A DNA stretch of 63,885 nucleotides, counting the filler, from Octopus bimaculoides (taxonomy: Eukaryota), in the NCBI RefSeq assembly GCF_001194135.2. It is 8 parts of 8 records of this genome, joined end to end, with 100 filler letters (N's around TTAATTAATTAA, not from the genome) between each part and the next. Parts side by side here need not be neighbours in the genome. Positions count along the whole stretch, not along the records: positions 21,024 to 35,080 come from NC_068987.1; positions 35,181 to 45,636 come from NC_068981.1; 6 more parts are not named here. One strand, 5' to 3'. How positions within the stretch are numbered: position 1 is the stretch's first letter; each line of letters begins with the position of its first letter. This document shows, piece after piece, positions 25,355-38,150 of this stretch. Below the pieces are notes generated by a model. The model worked only from the letters and a program-made list of their open reading frames with translations, did not search any database and had not been told where the DNA came from. The translations under genes were made by a program, and so were the position numbers.

Positions 25355-26359
25355 GCATATACACAAGCACACACCATGTACATGAATAAGTGTGCACGGG
25401 TATATTTGTATGTGATATAAGTCAGCTCACTAGTGAGTGCGATCATAGTTTGTTAATGAGCAGCAAAACAAAAACAACTTTATAACCCAGCTTCACCACA
25501 ACTATGACCTTCTCAAATGAATTTTAAGACAGTTCAACCTTATTAACTGCACCATATATGTGAAAAACCAATATGTGTGCATGGTTAAGTTCTAAGATAT
25601 CTATAATGAATCAAAGATACGGCTCATACGGTAACATGCTGTCTTGCTTGACGATCTGAAAAAACCACAAAAAACCAAAGTAATACTAAAGCCATTGAGG
25701 ATTAAAATTGTTGCAGGTTGAATTATTATACAGACTTGATCTAGAGTAAGCCTACCCACTTTCAAAGTAGTTGTACTGTATACCCATTCACAATCTTTCT
25801 AAATCTTTATACACCATTATCAGATAACCACTGACCATACATTGAGTTCATTCATCCTTTTACAGGTTTTCTGTTAGCAACCTTTATCACCAGGTTAGCC
25901 CACGAAGGGTGCCAGTTTTGTAACATTTAGATTGACCATGTAACATGTTTTACTCCATATGTGTGTGTGTTTGTGTGTGCGTGTGCACATTTGTATATGG
26001 TAGTGGACCTCTGTTATTTAATGATGTGAATTAGTTGTTCACTCAACTGAATTACCTGCTCCTGAATTAATATGAAAGTGGCAGAGTATTTCAGACACAT
26101 ATACCCTTCATGTAATTTTCAGGCAGAATCAACATGCACAATGTACATGACAAGGCTGTACCATTTGAGTAATGGGTACAATCCACCCAGTAGTCTTCTA
26201 CATAGTTGCTGTCAACTTATTTACTCTTACAAGGTTTGGATTGAACCAAGGCTCTAGAAAATGACATCTGGCCAAGATATTACACAGTGAGATCAAATCA
26301 GAGACCTTATGATTGCTAAGAAAATGTCTTACCCATTCAGTCATATTGTGCCTATATAT

Positions 26360-26470
26360 ATTGGAGCCTGGTGTTGCCATCTGGTTTCACCAGTCCTCAG
26401 TCAAATCGTCCAACCCATGCTAGCATGGAAAGCGGACGTTAAACGATGATGATGATGATGATGATGATGA
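26360..26470 (+). mobile_element. RTE LINE 3' tail
   Basis: CCAACCCATGCTAGCATGGAAAGCGGACGTTAAACGATGATGATG; similar tails at about 32925-32970 (-), 45737-45885 (+), 47455-47640 (-), 53330-53390 (+). Confidence 0.7.
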
Positions 26471-27068
26471 TATATGTATACATACCATACACACATGCAC
26501 ACAAAATTTTATTAAATTTATTATTTTTGTGGAGATAATTAAGATATCTGTTCTTATGTAAATATTGCTAATGTGAGTTTAGTTTGTATCTGGAATAGTA
26601 GGGTGCAGCATGACTTGCCTTCAGGACTTCCCAGAGTCTGAACCTTTATCATAATGTGCCGAACACAAGGAATTTTCGAAATGAAGCCTAACCCCAAAGG
26701 TCTCAAGATTGGAGCCAATGGCAACTGAAAGTTAGGGATGAACTTGAAAACTGATTGAGGAGAAAGAAATACAAAAATGTAAATGAGAATATTTATATAT
26801 TTATATAATTTTTATTCTTATTTTTTAATGTCATATATAAAACATGAACAACAACAAATCACAAAGCAAGTATTTTTTAAAAATCAATAACAGGGAAATT
26901 ATAAAAAAGATTTACACATGAGTATGTAAATGTGTGTGTGCATGTGTACCAACAAAGCTAAGTGGCTTTCTCTGTTGTTGCATGTACCACATGTTGTAAT
27001 GAGTCATGTCCACCCATTTCATGCTAGTAAGGTAATATGGACATAAAATGATGACTGATATACACATG

Positions 27069-27710
27069 TACAGGGTTCATCAGCTTTTTGAGGACACCTC
27101 TTTCAAAAACTCTTTTTTACCTCAATTTTCAGATAAATTATGTCAAACATCAGGTTGACTCAGTAATTGTAGCTCTAAAAGTGTAGCATAGTGAAACAGA
27201 AATATTTTGCTTTCTGAAAGTTACCCAATCTTTCATGGGCAAAATTCAAAAGGAGCTGGAAGCTGCTGATGGAGATCCAATATCAGCAGCAACACAAAAT
27301 GCATGCATAGAGACCTAATACCATCAGAACACATAACTTTGTACAAAATGTCCAAGAAATAATCGATAAAATCTCCCTAAAGTCAATCAGTGTCATCAGC
27401 TCTTTAGCCAGCAGAAAAGTTGTGTATGAGGATATGCGGAGGGGTCAGTTTATGTCAAATGTGATGAAAGAATTGTTTGATCTGTGCAAAGTGTTTGCTT
27501 CAATCAGGACCAAAAGGTAAACTGAAGGAACAACAAATTGTTATACAGAAAATAAGGTTCCAACGGTCATGAATCCTAAGTTTCCAGCAACTGTGATAGT
27601 TCTGGGAGCCATCAGCAACAAGGGAGATGTCATGCTTCCACACAAATTTTCATAGGGTTTAAGAGTCAATGTTGCTGTCTACACAGAGGTGCTGGAGAAA
27701 ATTGCAATTT
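27069..27710 (+). mobile_element. Decayed Tc1/mariner-superfamily (maT-like) transposon
   Basis: Starts TA|CAGGG; peptides RTHNFVQNVQEIID...RKVVYEDMR and KFPATVIVLGAISNKGDVMLPHKFS*GLRVNVAVYTEVLE. Confidence 0.8.
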
Positions 27711-28694
27711 GATTGATAAAGTATGCAACAAAAGGTTTGAAGTACGCAACAAAAGAGATTGAAGACATTGTGCAGAGCTGATATACAATAAGAAATTGTG
27801 GCTATACTCCAAACAAAGTACTCTTTTCTACTCTAGGCACAAGGCCTGAAAGGAAAAGTCAATCTTGGCAGAATTTGAACTTGGAACATAAAGAGTTTTA
27901 AGAAGTAGACAAGAGCCCCCAAAATATTTCAGCTGTTTAACCATGTGCTTGCACTCTCTAGAGTCAAACTGCAATTCATATGAGGTTAGTGTTCACATCT
28001 CTGAAATAGCTGCACTATTGCAAAACACACAGACACCATTTAGCTAATTAACAAAGTCTTACTCCCCAACTTGTTATGACAATGGGCATAGCAAATGAGG
28101 GAGTAACTTTCCACTTGTACTGAAACTATAATAGCTTCTGTTCTTCTGAACCAACAAACTATGCACCACCCCTAGCATGGCTGACTACTGAGTGCTTCTT
28201 CTCTCAGTAATATTTCTGTATCATACTATCAAAACCTGTATCAAATCTATTATCTAAACATTCTTCCTTACAACTCCATATCTCTGAAATTCCCTCACTC
28301 CCCTTGATTCCCCTCACATCTATGCAGTCAGTAACCTGCAGAAGTAGAAGTTCAATGTCAATGAAATCAACTTTATGTGTCTGAGGAAAGAACAGTGAAA
28401 CTTATGAGCGTTGCCTTTTCCTTTTGACTAAATGACTTTAGGATAAAATGACAGCGAAAAGTACAGAGGTTATGCATCAATTAGTTACAAACAAATAAAA
28501 TCCAGAGAGCTAATTTGGAAAAACAAAACTGATTACAGTGTGGGTAAAAATGTAGATGTAAATCAAATCAGGCTCTGAATAAAAATTTTTATACTGAATG
28601 TAGTTTGGGAAGTGATGGAAAGAGTTTTGACATTTATACTCCAGATGTAACAGTAGTACTGTATGGTGCATGTGATAAAACCTTCTGGACTTAC

Positions 28695-28763
28695 ATTAAA
28701 TGCTCAAATTTCAATAACGGAACACCTTGGACTAATGTACAACTTGATTCTGTTTCTATAATG
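28695..28763 (-). CDS. Candidate 69-nt internal coding exon of an unidentified gene
   Basis: Acceptor CTCATTTTTAG and consensus donor GTAAGT; only one frame is open (IIETESSCTLVQGVPLLKFEHL); no family recognised. Confidence 0.3.
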
Positions 28764-29194
28764 CTAAAAATGAGATCTTTCTGGGATGAAAACCATGAGT
28801 CTTAGCATATTTTGCGAACAGGATCCTTTAAGTTGGTGAGTATCCATAAGAAAAAAGAAACTGATGATGTGCAGTTCTTCTAAATAAATATGTTATGTGA
28901 TTTAGTGGTTTTGAAAACTGCAGTAGTCTTCATTTTGTCACTTTTACTGTGTTGATTATTGTCTATGTAGAGCAATGTATTTAAGTCTTTGTAGCACAAG
29001 CAAAGAAATAATCAGAGAAGGAAGAGATTAGTTGTTTTGGGCATAGTTCTTCTTTGGAAACAGGAAAAACTGGGAAGAAGGAAGAAGCAAGAAAACAAAA
29101 TCGCCAAAAGTCCACCTGCAGTTTTGAAGTGACCAGAAGTAGAAGGACAAAGAGAAAGTGCTCTGGGACAAGAAAGTGTGAAGAAGGTTGGTGT

Positions 29195-29225
<31 letters not shown>

Positions 29226-29371
29226 GTGCTGTATGTGTGTGTGTGAGATAGCATATGGGTGTGTGGCAGTAACTGCATGTGTAGCAGTAACTGTGTGTGT
29301 ATGGTGGTGTGTGTGTCTGATATAAACTGTGTATGTGGTATTAACTGTTTGTATGTATCTGTGTTTGTGTG

Positions 29372-29413
<42 letters not shown>

Positions 29414-29601
29414 TGGGATCTGTTTGTGTGTGGAGGTATCTGTGCATGTGTGCATTTTAATGTCACCCTGAGAGGTCAACAGCATAATGACAGGTGTGTG
29501 AATGGATGGGTGTAGTAGTGTGTGTGTTCATGTGTGAGTAGATGGAAGGGTCAATAATGAGTCAGAGGCAGTCTGAAGGGTGTATGAATGGGTGGATGTG
29601 G

Positions 29602-29649
<48 letters not shown>

Positions 29650-29736
29650 TGGCATGTGTATATGTGTGTGTGTCTGTGCTCAAATGTATAGGTGCATGTG
29701 TGTATCTCTCTCAGTCACTATGTCCCTGTCTATTAT

Positions 29737-29928
29737 TATGATTGACCGTTGACTGAACACTATTCAATTTTTTTTCTCCGTGTTTTTCTCCTTGTCTCCG
29801 TATTCTTTCTGTTGAAGAGCGTAGCTCGAAACGTCAAAGACTTTCCGTATTCCCGAGCGTCATACTAATATATACTTTTGTTATTTACACCACCTGTCCT
29901 CGTCTGTTGTTATTATTTGTATATTCTC
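29737..29928 (+). mobile_element. 192-bp hammerhead-motif element, copy 2
   Basis: Identical by eye to 11431-11622. Confidence 0.8.
29804..29840 (+). ncRNA. Minimal type I hammerhead-like motif (A6>U variant), copy 2
   Basis: Same 37-nt motif as 11498-11534. Confidence 0.6.
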
Positions 29929-31005
29929 CCATCTATATTTATATATATGTCTGTATGTGTATGTGTGTAGATATGTGTAAGTGAGTGAGTGTGGAAGTGT
30001 ACGTATGTGTGTTGAGGGTTGTCCGTCTGGAGATATATGTGTTCATGCATGTGTGTGCGTGTGTGCATGAGAGGGAGAGAGGGATGAGGTGGGGTGTGTA
30101 TGGGAGCATTGTCTGAAGAGTGTGTGAATGGGTGAGTGTGGCTGTATGAATGGGTGGGGGTGGTTTATGTGTGTGTAGACAGAGTGAGAAAAACAACTAC
30201 TCTTTTCTTCTCCAAACATCATATTAATACTTTGCTTGTCCCATGTCCTCACATGTGTTTGTTTTTCATTTTTATTTTTTTCTCTCTTTTTTTTTTTTTT
30301 AAACTAACTATTTACTACATGCTCTCATGGACCCCCTATCCTTCTGACTGCTTTGGAGTACCTAATTCTTGGACATATATCAATTTAACTGTCCTTTCTA
30401 GCATGTAAGGTGTCCTGTCAAAGGTCAGCTCTTTCGTGTATAAATACGTAAATTGTTTATACACTATTATATATGAAAATACATTGTCTATTGACTTTAT
30501 TATGCATGCTAGCCACCGGTATGGAAATTTAAAAAAGTTTTCTACCCTTATTTTCACAGTAAAATTTTCATAGTTTCAAAGCCTTTCTGGTACACAGGTT
30601 TTAATTTTTTTTCTTATTATTTGCTGCCGAATGTAACTGTGCTTGCTCGGTGGATTTGAAAATTATAATGTATAAGTATGTAGCATGTGTTTTTGGTGCT
30701 ATTTGCTGCATAAATATGCATTAATTTTAGCACCCTCACTGAAGAAGTACAGATGGCAAATTAATTTATTTTGCACATTAATACAGAAACTTGAGTTTGA
30801 GGGTAACTACAAAAATATTTTTTATTTTCATTTCCTTTGAAATTGCTCCTATTCATGGTTTGGGCTTTAACTGCCCTTTCTAGCATGTAAGGTATCCTGT
30901 CAAAGGACATTACAAAGGACTCTTTCATGTATAAAAACGTAAATTGTTTATACACTATTATATATATATGATATACTTATAATATAATATACATTTAATA
31001 TACAA

Positions 31006-31200
31006 TATCTATATATATAAACGGCAATTTCTATCTGTTACCAATTTAGTGTATAAACCACCAAACCAATATTCACGAAACTTTGTATACATGTGACACT
31101 AACATTCAATTCAATAATATGCTATTTGGATTTCAATAAAAATCTATAATGTGCCCCCCAATGGTGTTGGGCGAATTATATGATAGTAACAGAGAGAGGG
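31006..31200 (+). mobile_element. Possible non-autonomous Helitron-like element
   Basis: Begins TCTATATATATAAACGGCA, a 5'-TC start typical of Helitron-type repeats; a similar start TCTTAATATATAAAGCTGAAGTTGTG occurs at about 34753. Confidence 0.35.
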
Positions 31201-31479
31201 GGAGTTAGATCAGTGAAGACGAGAATAACGTTGAGAATGGAATGGTTGAGTTAAAACGAGAACTAAAACTGAAACAGTGTAATGGGAATGGAACTGGAAA
31301 TAACCCATGCTTTTCCAGGTATTATCAGGTAATTCAGCTAGTATACACACACACACACATACACACACACACACATACACATACACACTTGCAAATAAAG
31401 AAATGGAGTTAAACGCAGGTGTTACTGAAATCTTTATACTTCCAACATATGTTTCAAAGAAAACATTGATATTATTCCA

Positions 31480-32570
31480 GAAGGAATAAGATAGGTTTAA
31501 ATTCTTTTGGGTAGGCAGGACTGATGGAGTAAGCATACTCTTAGTGGAGAAGCGGGTAGAGAAAGTAATTGAGGTAGTCAGAGTGTGCAATAGGGTTATT
31601 AAGACTTATCATAGATAAATTAACAATTACATTTATCTCTGCCTATGCTCCTCAAGCTGGGCTGGCTGATGATCTGAAGGACTGATTCTTTGAGGTCCTT
31701 TTTGCAGACTACAAATGATAGAAACTTTGTTATTGTAGCCAGCAACTTTAATGGACATGTTGGGCAGCATTCCTAGGGTTTCATGGTGGTTGTGGCTTTG
31801 GCACCAGGTATGAGGAAGGTACAAGTTACTTGAGTTCTGTGATGGAAATGATCTTACAATTTGCAACAATAACATTGTAAAACTAGCTAGCTACCTAATT
31901 ACTTATCAATCTGGTGGGAATATAAGCCAGGTTGATTACTTCCTCACCATGTAGCGAGACAGGCAGATGCTCACAAATGCGAAGTCCTTCCCAGGTGAAG
32001 AGTGTACACCCCAACATAGGCTACTAGTTAGTAACTTCAGAATTAGGGCTAGAAATACTCAAAGACATAAACCACTTTGGAAAAGGAGATTATGAAAGCT
32101 TAAAGACCCAGCAAACCAACAAAAATTTACAGACATCCTACAGGAGGCCTCTGATGATAGAGAGGAGAGGGAGGAGGAGGAGGTGGAGGGGACATATAGC
32201 TTAGAGGACAACTGGAAGTTTCTGTGAAACAATTTAGTGGGTACTGTTAACCAAATCTTTGGTGGTGCAAAGTCTCCATCAGGCCAAGGGTGACTTGGTG
32301 GTGGAACAAGGAGGTGGACAGTGCTATAAAAGACCTGGAAAGACTGGAAAAATGGTGGAAGCAAAGCATTATATCAGGGAGCCAGAAGGGAGGAATAGCA
32401 GAAGATAAGGAATAAGAGAAGGTAAGGAATAGCAGAAGGTAAGAAGTTTGCCAATGTTATGCAGCATGAGGATCAGAGGTGTGAAGTGTTCAGGATTGCA
32501 AAACAATCAGAGAGAATAGAGATGTGCTAGGTGAGAAATGTGTGCAAATGGATGATGATATGCTTCTTGC
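31480..32570 (+). mobile_element. RTE LINE endonuclease domain and linker (decayed)
   Basis: FISAYAPQAG...ASNFNGHVGQH...GFGTRYEEG...ITYQSGGNISQVDYFL...KSFPGEECTPQHRLLVSNFRI...LKDPANQQKF. Confidence 0.9.
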
Positions 32571-33069
32571 CAGTCAGGAGACATGTAAGCCCCAAAGTAT
32601 GGTTTTGTATCAATTTCTCTCTACAGGAATATTCTCTTGAAGAGATGGGTGGGGCAGTTATATTATTTATTTACAATATGGTAAATAATATGGTATAATA
32701 GGTTCCTAACCTCAAAATAGCAATAGAGAATTAACCTTGTATTTTTAAATTGTGGATTTTATGTCATGTTGCCTGCAGACAGCTTTATTGCGGAGAGATA
32801 TAATTTGAGTGTTAGTGGCTTTATGGTGGTTTTTGACTGCTATTTCTAGACATGTAAGTGATTTTGTAACCCTCTCCATTATAATTAGTGATTTATTCAT
32901 AATTATAAACACTTTACTTATATCATCATCATCATCATCGTTTAACGTCTGCTTTCCATGCTAGCATGGTTGGGCTCTATAAGCCACCTCAAACACCCGT
33001 ACTGCGCTTTAAAAAATGTCTCAATAGCATTAAGTGCTTTATTCAACAGTGCCATTCTAGTAATATACT

Positions 33070-33990
33070 TATAATGGGAGATTTTAAACTACCTTGTGTT
33101 GATTGATCTACAAAAGTTTGAAACCAGGCACTCCCACCTCAACCACTGACAAAGAAGCAGTAGAATCACTTCTCGACTTTATGAATAAGTTTTTCTTGTC
33201 CGAACTTGTCCTTGCACCAACAAGATATATCAAAACATTTTAGACCTAGTGTTTAGTAACCCCACTAACACTATACATAATATTATAGTGGAAAAAAAAC
33301 CCTTCTTTCAGACCATGACATGGTTATCTGTAACCTGAGATTCCACCAACCGAAAGCTAATCCTAGTGACCTCTCTCCAGTCCACCCATTTTGTAACATG
33401 GATCTCTATAATGCCAACTGGGATGCAATCATGAATGAGCTATCATATGTTGACTGGTCTTTCACAGATGCACACACCTCCTCCAGCATCAAAACATCTT
33501 GGCAGAAACTGTCACAAACATATGTGCAAAACACACCCCACCAAGACCTGTGAACAAAACTAAATGAAGAATTGCTCAAAACAGAAAAACTATTATCAGC
33601 AAAATAAAACGAATAAACAAAAAAATTAACAAACTAAAATACTGCCAACATCCACACATATATTTGATGGCTATCACCCTGCTCAAATCAAAAATATATA
33701 ACCTCAAACAATACATGAAGACCATCATCATCTCTGAGGAGAAATGGGCCATTGAGAAAATCAGACTCAACCTCAAAGTGTTCTTCTCTTTTGAGAAAAA
33801 AACACAAGGTCATTGTCTCCACTGTTGGCCCTGTAATAGATGAAAATGGCACTCCCCAAGATAATGCCAAAACCACAAGTGAGATATTGCAGAAACAATA
33901 CTGCTCTGTTTTCAGCAATCTTGATATGGTCAATCTGGGCTGTATCAGTGATGTTAATCCCCAATACACTGTATCAAACATAATGATTGG
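33070..33990 (+). mobile_element. CR1/L2-group LINE endonuclease end and linker (decayed)
   Basis: MGDF-like start, LVLAPTR...LDLVFSN, LSDHDMVICNL, NANWDAIMNELSYVDW, VGPVIDENG...SEILQKQYCSVFS. Confidence 0.8.
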
Positions 33991-34007
33991 CACTCCAGAT
34001 GTATTCG

Positions 34008-34679
34008 TTATTTGTGAATTAAGGTTACCATTGGTTTCATGTTAAGAAAAATAGGAAAATATCCTATTGCCTTTTTTCAAGCCAATCGCATGGAGAAAGA
34101 TGTTCACCTCCATTTTGGAAAATACGGTCAAATTTAGTTTACAGAGAATCTCATGAAATCTTGTAAATAAAACAATGAATCAAGGGATGTTACTCTTGGG
34201 TAGCATCATTTGAATGTTTGTCACAAGCAATATTTTACACTCACATACTTCAAAGAAGAGCTACCATCTGCAACATTAATCCCACCAGGATAGCCCCTTT
34301 CCTGAATGTGAAATCTGAACATACATAGCACACAAACTCCACATAGATATGCAATAAACCCCAATGATGAACAACCTCAGCACACACAGAACAAAAACAA
34401 AATAATGCAAACAAATTGACTACACAACAGTTTGCTCAAAAGACAAATCTGAGGGAGACAATCACACTAAAAAGATGCCACCCAAGAGTAATGTCCCTTG
34501 ATTTATAATTTTATTCATGAGAATTCACGAGATTTTCTGTAAACTAAATGAGATTGTGTCTTCCAAAATGGAAGCAAATACCTTTCTCAATGGGATCAAC
34601 TTGAAAAATTGTTAGGACACTAGGATATTTTCCTACTTTTCTTAACATGAAACTAATGAGAGCCTTAATTCACAAATAA
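34008..34679. mobile_element. Non-autonomous DNA element with about 180-bp TIRs
   Basis: TTATTTGTGAATTAAGG...GAATCAAGGGA (34008-34187) is the inverse of TCCCTTGATT...CCTTAATTCACAAATAA (34494-34679). Confidence 0.8.
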
Positions 34680-35080
34680 AGAAATTATATCCACCAATGC
34701 AGTGTTGAGCATTCATCTTCATTGTTCAACTTTTACATGTATATATATATATATCTTAATATATAAAGCTGAAGTTGTGTGTCTGTGTGAAGCCTTTTTA
34801 AAAGTTTATAGAAATCCACATTTTCCACTTTTTCGTAAAAGTTTTTACATCAATGGAATTTTCTCGATGTGAACTTTCCAGTGCAGTAATTAGATTTTTA
34901 AAATTCCATTTACTTTGTGTGATTTAAGGGAGATTTGGCTGTTGTTTCTAGCAACTTTTATATTTCTTCCCTTCTACCTGGAACAGCGTTCTTACACACG
35001 CTTTCAACAGAGAGAGAAAGTGATACATACAACGTCATAGATTAAACTTTCTTCTCAGTATTCTTTACCTATTTTTCATA

Positions 35081-35180
35081 NNNNNNNNNNNNNNNNNNNN
35101 NNNNNNNNNNNNNNNNNNNNNNNNTTAATTAATTAANNNNNNNNNNNNNNNNNNNNNNNNNNNNNNNNNNNNNNNNNNNN
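35081..35180. other. Artificial scaffold-joining spacer
   Basis: 44N + TTAATTAATTAA (35125-35136) + 44N. Confidence 0.97.
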
Positions 35181-35440
35181 ATACACATTAGCCACCTCCG
35201 CCCGGCCTTTTAGAGATAACTTTCTCTCAGCCCATATTTAGCTGAGTTTGATCACTCTACTGGTGATCTCGTCCCAGTTCTTATCCATTTGGAGGTCCGG
35301 ACTGAACCAGACCCCGAGCAGTTTAACCGGTCCGTCCGTCCAGCGTCCCACTACGGAGTCACTGTTGGACGGTATGGGCTTGCTTCTCCAGGTGCCGAGT
35401 AACAAACCCACTGACTTTTCCGGGTTAATTTTTGCTAGAA
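35181..35440 (-). mobile_element. Tx1/L1-like LINE RT fragment
   Basis: AKINPEKSVGLLLGTW...VKLLGVWFSPDLQMDKNWDEITSRVIKLS*IWAERKLSLKGRAEVANVY. Confidence 0.85.
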
Positions 35441-35442
35441 TA

Positions 35443-35505
<63 letters not shown>

Positions 35506-36659
35506 CTGGAACACTCCCTGTTAAAATATTGTTACTCAGACCACAGAATAAGATCAGTGCAATCAATGAGCATAATTATATCTAGTTCTTCGGTTAATTG
35601 AAATACGCCATACAACCACTGAACAAAACCCTCTGTCGAAAGTGCTTGAATTTAAAAATAAAACAAAAACAATCATTAAAAGAGGAGAAGATATCTTGAA
35701 TTAAACTTTTCAAAAATGTAGAGGATACAATACGAGACAGGATCTGAAATGCATTAGTAGTGTACCTGTACATCTTTCTTGCTATACGTTCAATAGATGC
35801 TTAAATGACAAATTTCTACGCCAGTTCGTTTTTAGGTTGACAGCTGGAAGATAAGACATAGATGTGGAGAGAAATTATGTGTAAGGCCTAAGTGGTCTGT
35901 TTCATGCTTAAGTGTAGTATGAGTCGAGATCATTGGCTGCAGTGATGTTGCAGAGAGTGGTGACGTACCAGAGGAAATTATATAATATATGTTTGAAGGT
36001 CTTCAGCATGAACCAGGATGTTTTATGTAAGGGTCCTTCTACGTAGAGTCGACTGATATAATTTTCCTACTGAGATAAATTTGAGCATCTTAATGAGATA
36101 CTAAATGACAGAAAGTTTGCTGTTTCAAGCAGTAAATTTCATTTAATTTTATTAGGTTATTATCCTTATACTTGAGTTACAAACGTCGTAAGAAAATGCT
36201 GAACGTTTCAATTTGCAATTTCATTTCCATAAATCTATATAGGTATCCCTCCGTATGGAAATCATTGCTGTGTATTGTAGAATTATTTGGTTAGAAATAA
36301 ATTTTATTTATTTAATGTATTTCAACAAATGCATGCTAACGCTATGTGGTTCTGAGTACAAGAGATGAATTATATGAGTAGGTAAATAGATGCCACAGAA
36401 TTGTTTTATTTCCTGCTGGGAACAGTTACTACTCTTAGATTTGTTGGTTAATTCCTTGGGCTGCGACGCCAAATTCAATTCTGATCTCTGGAATATTTAC
36501 TTGCAGTAGGATCACTTCTAAAACCAGAGGGAAATTCTCTCAAATTCTGGATGCCATAGAAAATGAAAATAATAGCCGAAGTTTTGTGAAGCATGAAAGC
36601 GAAAGGATATGATTGCTTACAAAATTTACTTGATATTCATTCCATTATTAATATTACTG

Positions 36660-36722
36660 CTGCTGTTGTTATCGTCATCATCATCGTCGTCATCATCATC
36701 GTCGTCATCATCATCGTCATCG

Positions 36723-36756
<34 letters not shown>

Positions 36757-36787
36757 TATCATCGTCATCATTATCATCATCATCATA
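36660..36787. repeat. (ATC/GTC)n microsatellite
   Basis: Direct reading of the sequence. Confidence 0.95.
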
Positions 36788-37189
36788 TAGTTTCAGTTTG
36801 AAAGAATTTTGAAAAGAATTTCTATATCAGTATAGATATATCTGAAAATGCCATAAGCTCTTGAGAAACTGAAGATAGCCGTTACTGGGTGTCGGTTTTT
36901 ACACTCGGTTTAAAATATTTCAAGCTGATTTCACCACTAATACCGTCGAAAAAGTTTTAAGTACTACATTAACATTGAGGAAACCTCTATATAGTTGATC
37001 AACATGTAAGAAAAAGCAGTCAATTCTCCTATATCTCAATCGTACAATTATAAAAACAAAATAGAAGGACACGTTGACTGATGTAGTCCTCTAAGCACTA
37101 TGCCTCAAAAATAAAAGTGGTTGGTTGCAATTAGAACAAATTTCACTTAATAGACGGTTTAATTAGAAAAAAAGTATTGTTTCCATTGA

Positions 37190-38150
37190 CCGTCTTGTTG
37201 CACTTCCTGCGTTCGTGATGATTCATATACCAAGAAGTGGTGGAAGCTTTAGTGAAAGTGTTCTTCACCTCGTAGGACAAGAAATGGTATCAGCGTGGGA
37301 ACAAAGAACTGGTATAAAGGTGGCTTCAGACGTTGCAACACGATGGTTTATACTTCGAAACCTTCGATTCTTGACGAATAAAGCAAATAAAGTACCAACA
37401 TATCGCAAAACTTTTGACTCAAAGCAATGGAACATGTTCTCAAAATATTCGCAATGCCCGCAAAACTGGTTATATAGACACAATTGATATTCAAGTCAAG
37501 TCTGATGAGAGGGAATTACGGAAGTTTAAGTTTTAGGATAGTAGCTAGTACTCGACCAAAGGGGTGAGGGACTGCATATGTGAGGAGAATAAGAAAAATA
37601 TACATATACCTTTCCGAGATCGGAAGGACATGGTCGGCTCGAGTCTATACTAGGACAGAATTGTCCAAGGTGTCACGTTGTGGGGCTGAAACTTGAACCT
37701 TGCGTTTGGAAAAACAACCTCTTATAATACAACCACTCCTACAAGATACATTGGCAGGTGCGCTCGCACACACACACACACATATTTGGATATGTGAAAT
37801 TGCTTTTTGTTTTTCTTTGGACTGTAGTATTTGTTATATTATAAATACAAGATCGCCATTAGAAATCATCAGAGATTGTGAAGCAAGCATTTGTAACAAC
37901 ATTGATGGTTTTATTTGTATGTTGTCATAAGATGTATAGAGTGAGGCCTGCGATTATTGATGTGCGATGTGGTGTGTCTTCGCGCTGTTGAAGAAGATAA
38001 AGTTGTCATGGCACCATTAGAGAATATTTTCATGGACTGTTTGCAAAGTCAGTGAATGTTTGACGCGAGATGTCTAGATTGCATGTAGAAGACGCTTATG
38101 AGCTGAAGGTTAGATAGGAGTGAAAAGTGTTATTGTCAGCATAAAAACGA
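37190..38150 (-). mobile_element. Decayed CR1/Jockey-group RT C-terminal fragment, interrupted around 37490-37850
   Basis: IL*WCHDNFIFFNSAKTH (resembles WxxxNxxxFNxxKT) at about 37960-38040 and SHLYTSSLFPR (resembles YxSSFFPR) at about 37290-37330. Confidence 0.45.

Noticed and set aside
37167-37487. Plus-strand ORF with FVMIHIPRSGGS, resembling a sulfotransferase PAPS-binding motif
   Set aside because: No convincing splice sites or downstream sulfotransferase motifs; the opposite strand better fits a decayed CR1-type RT tail
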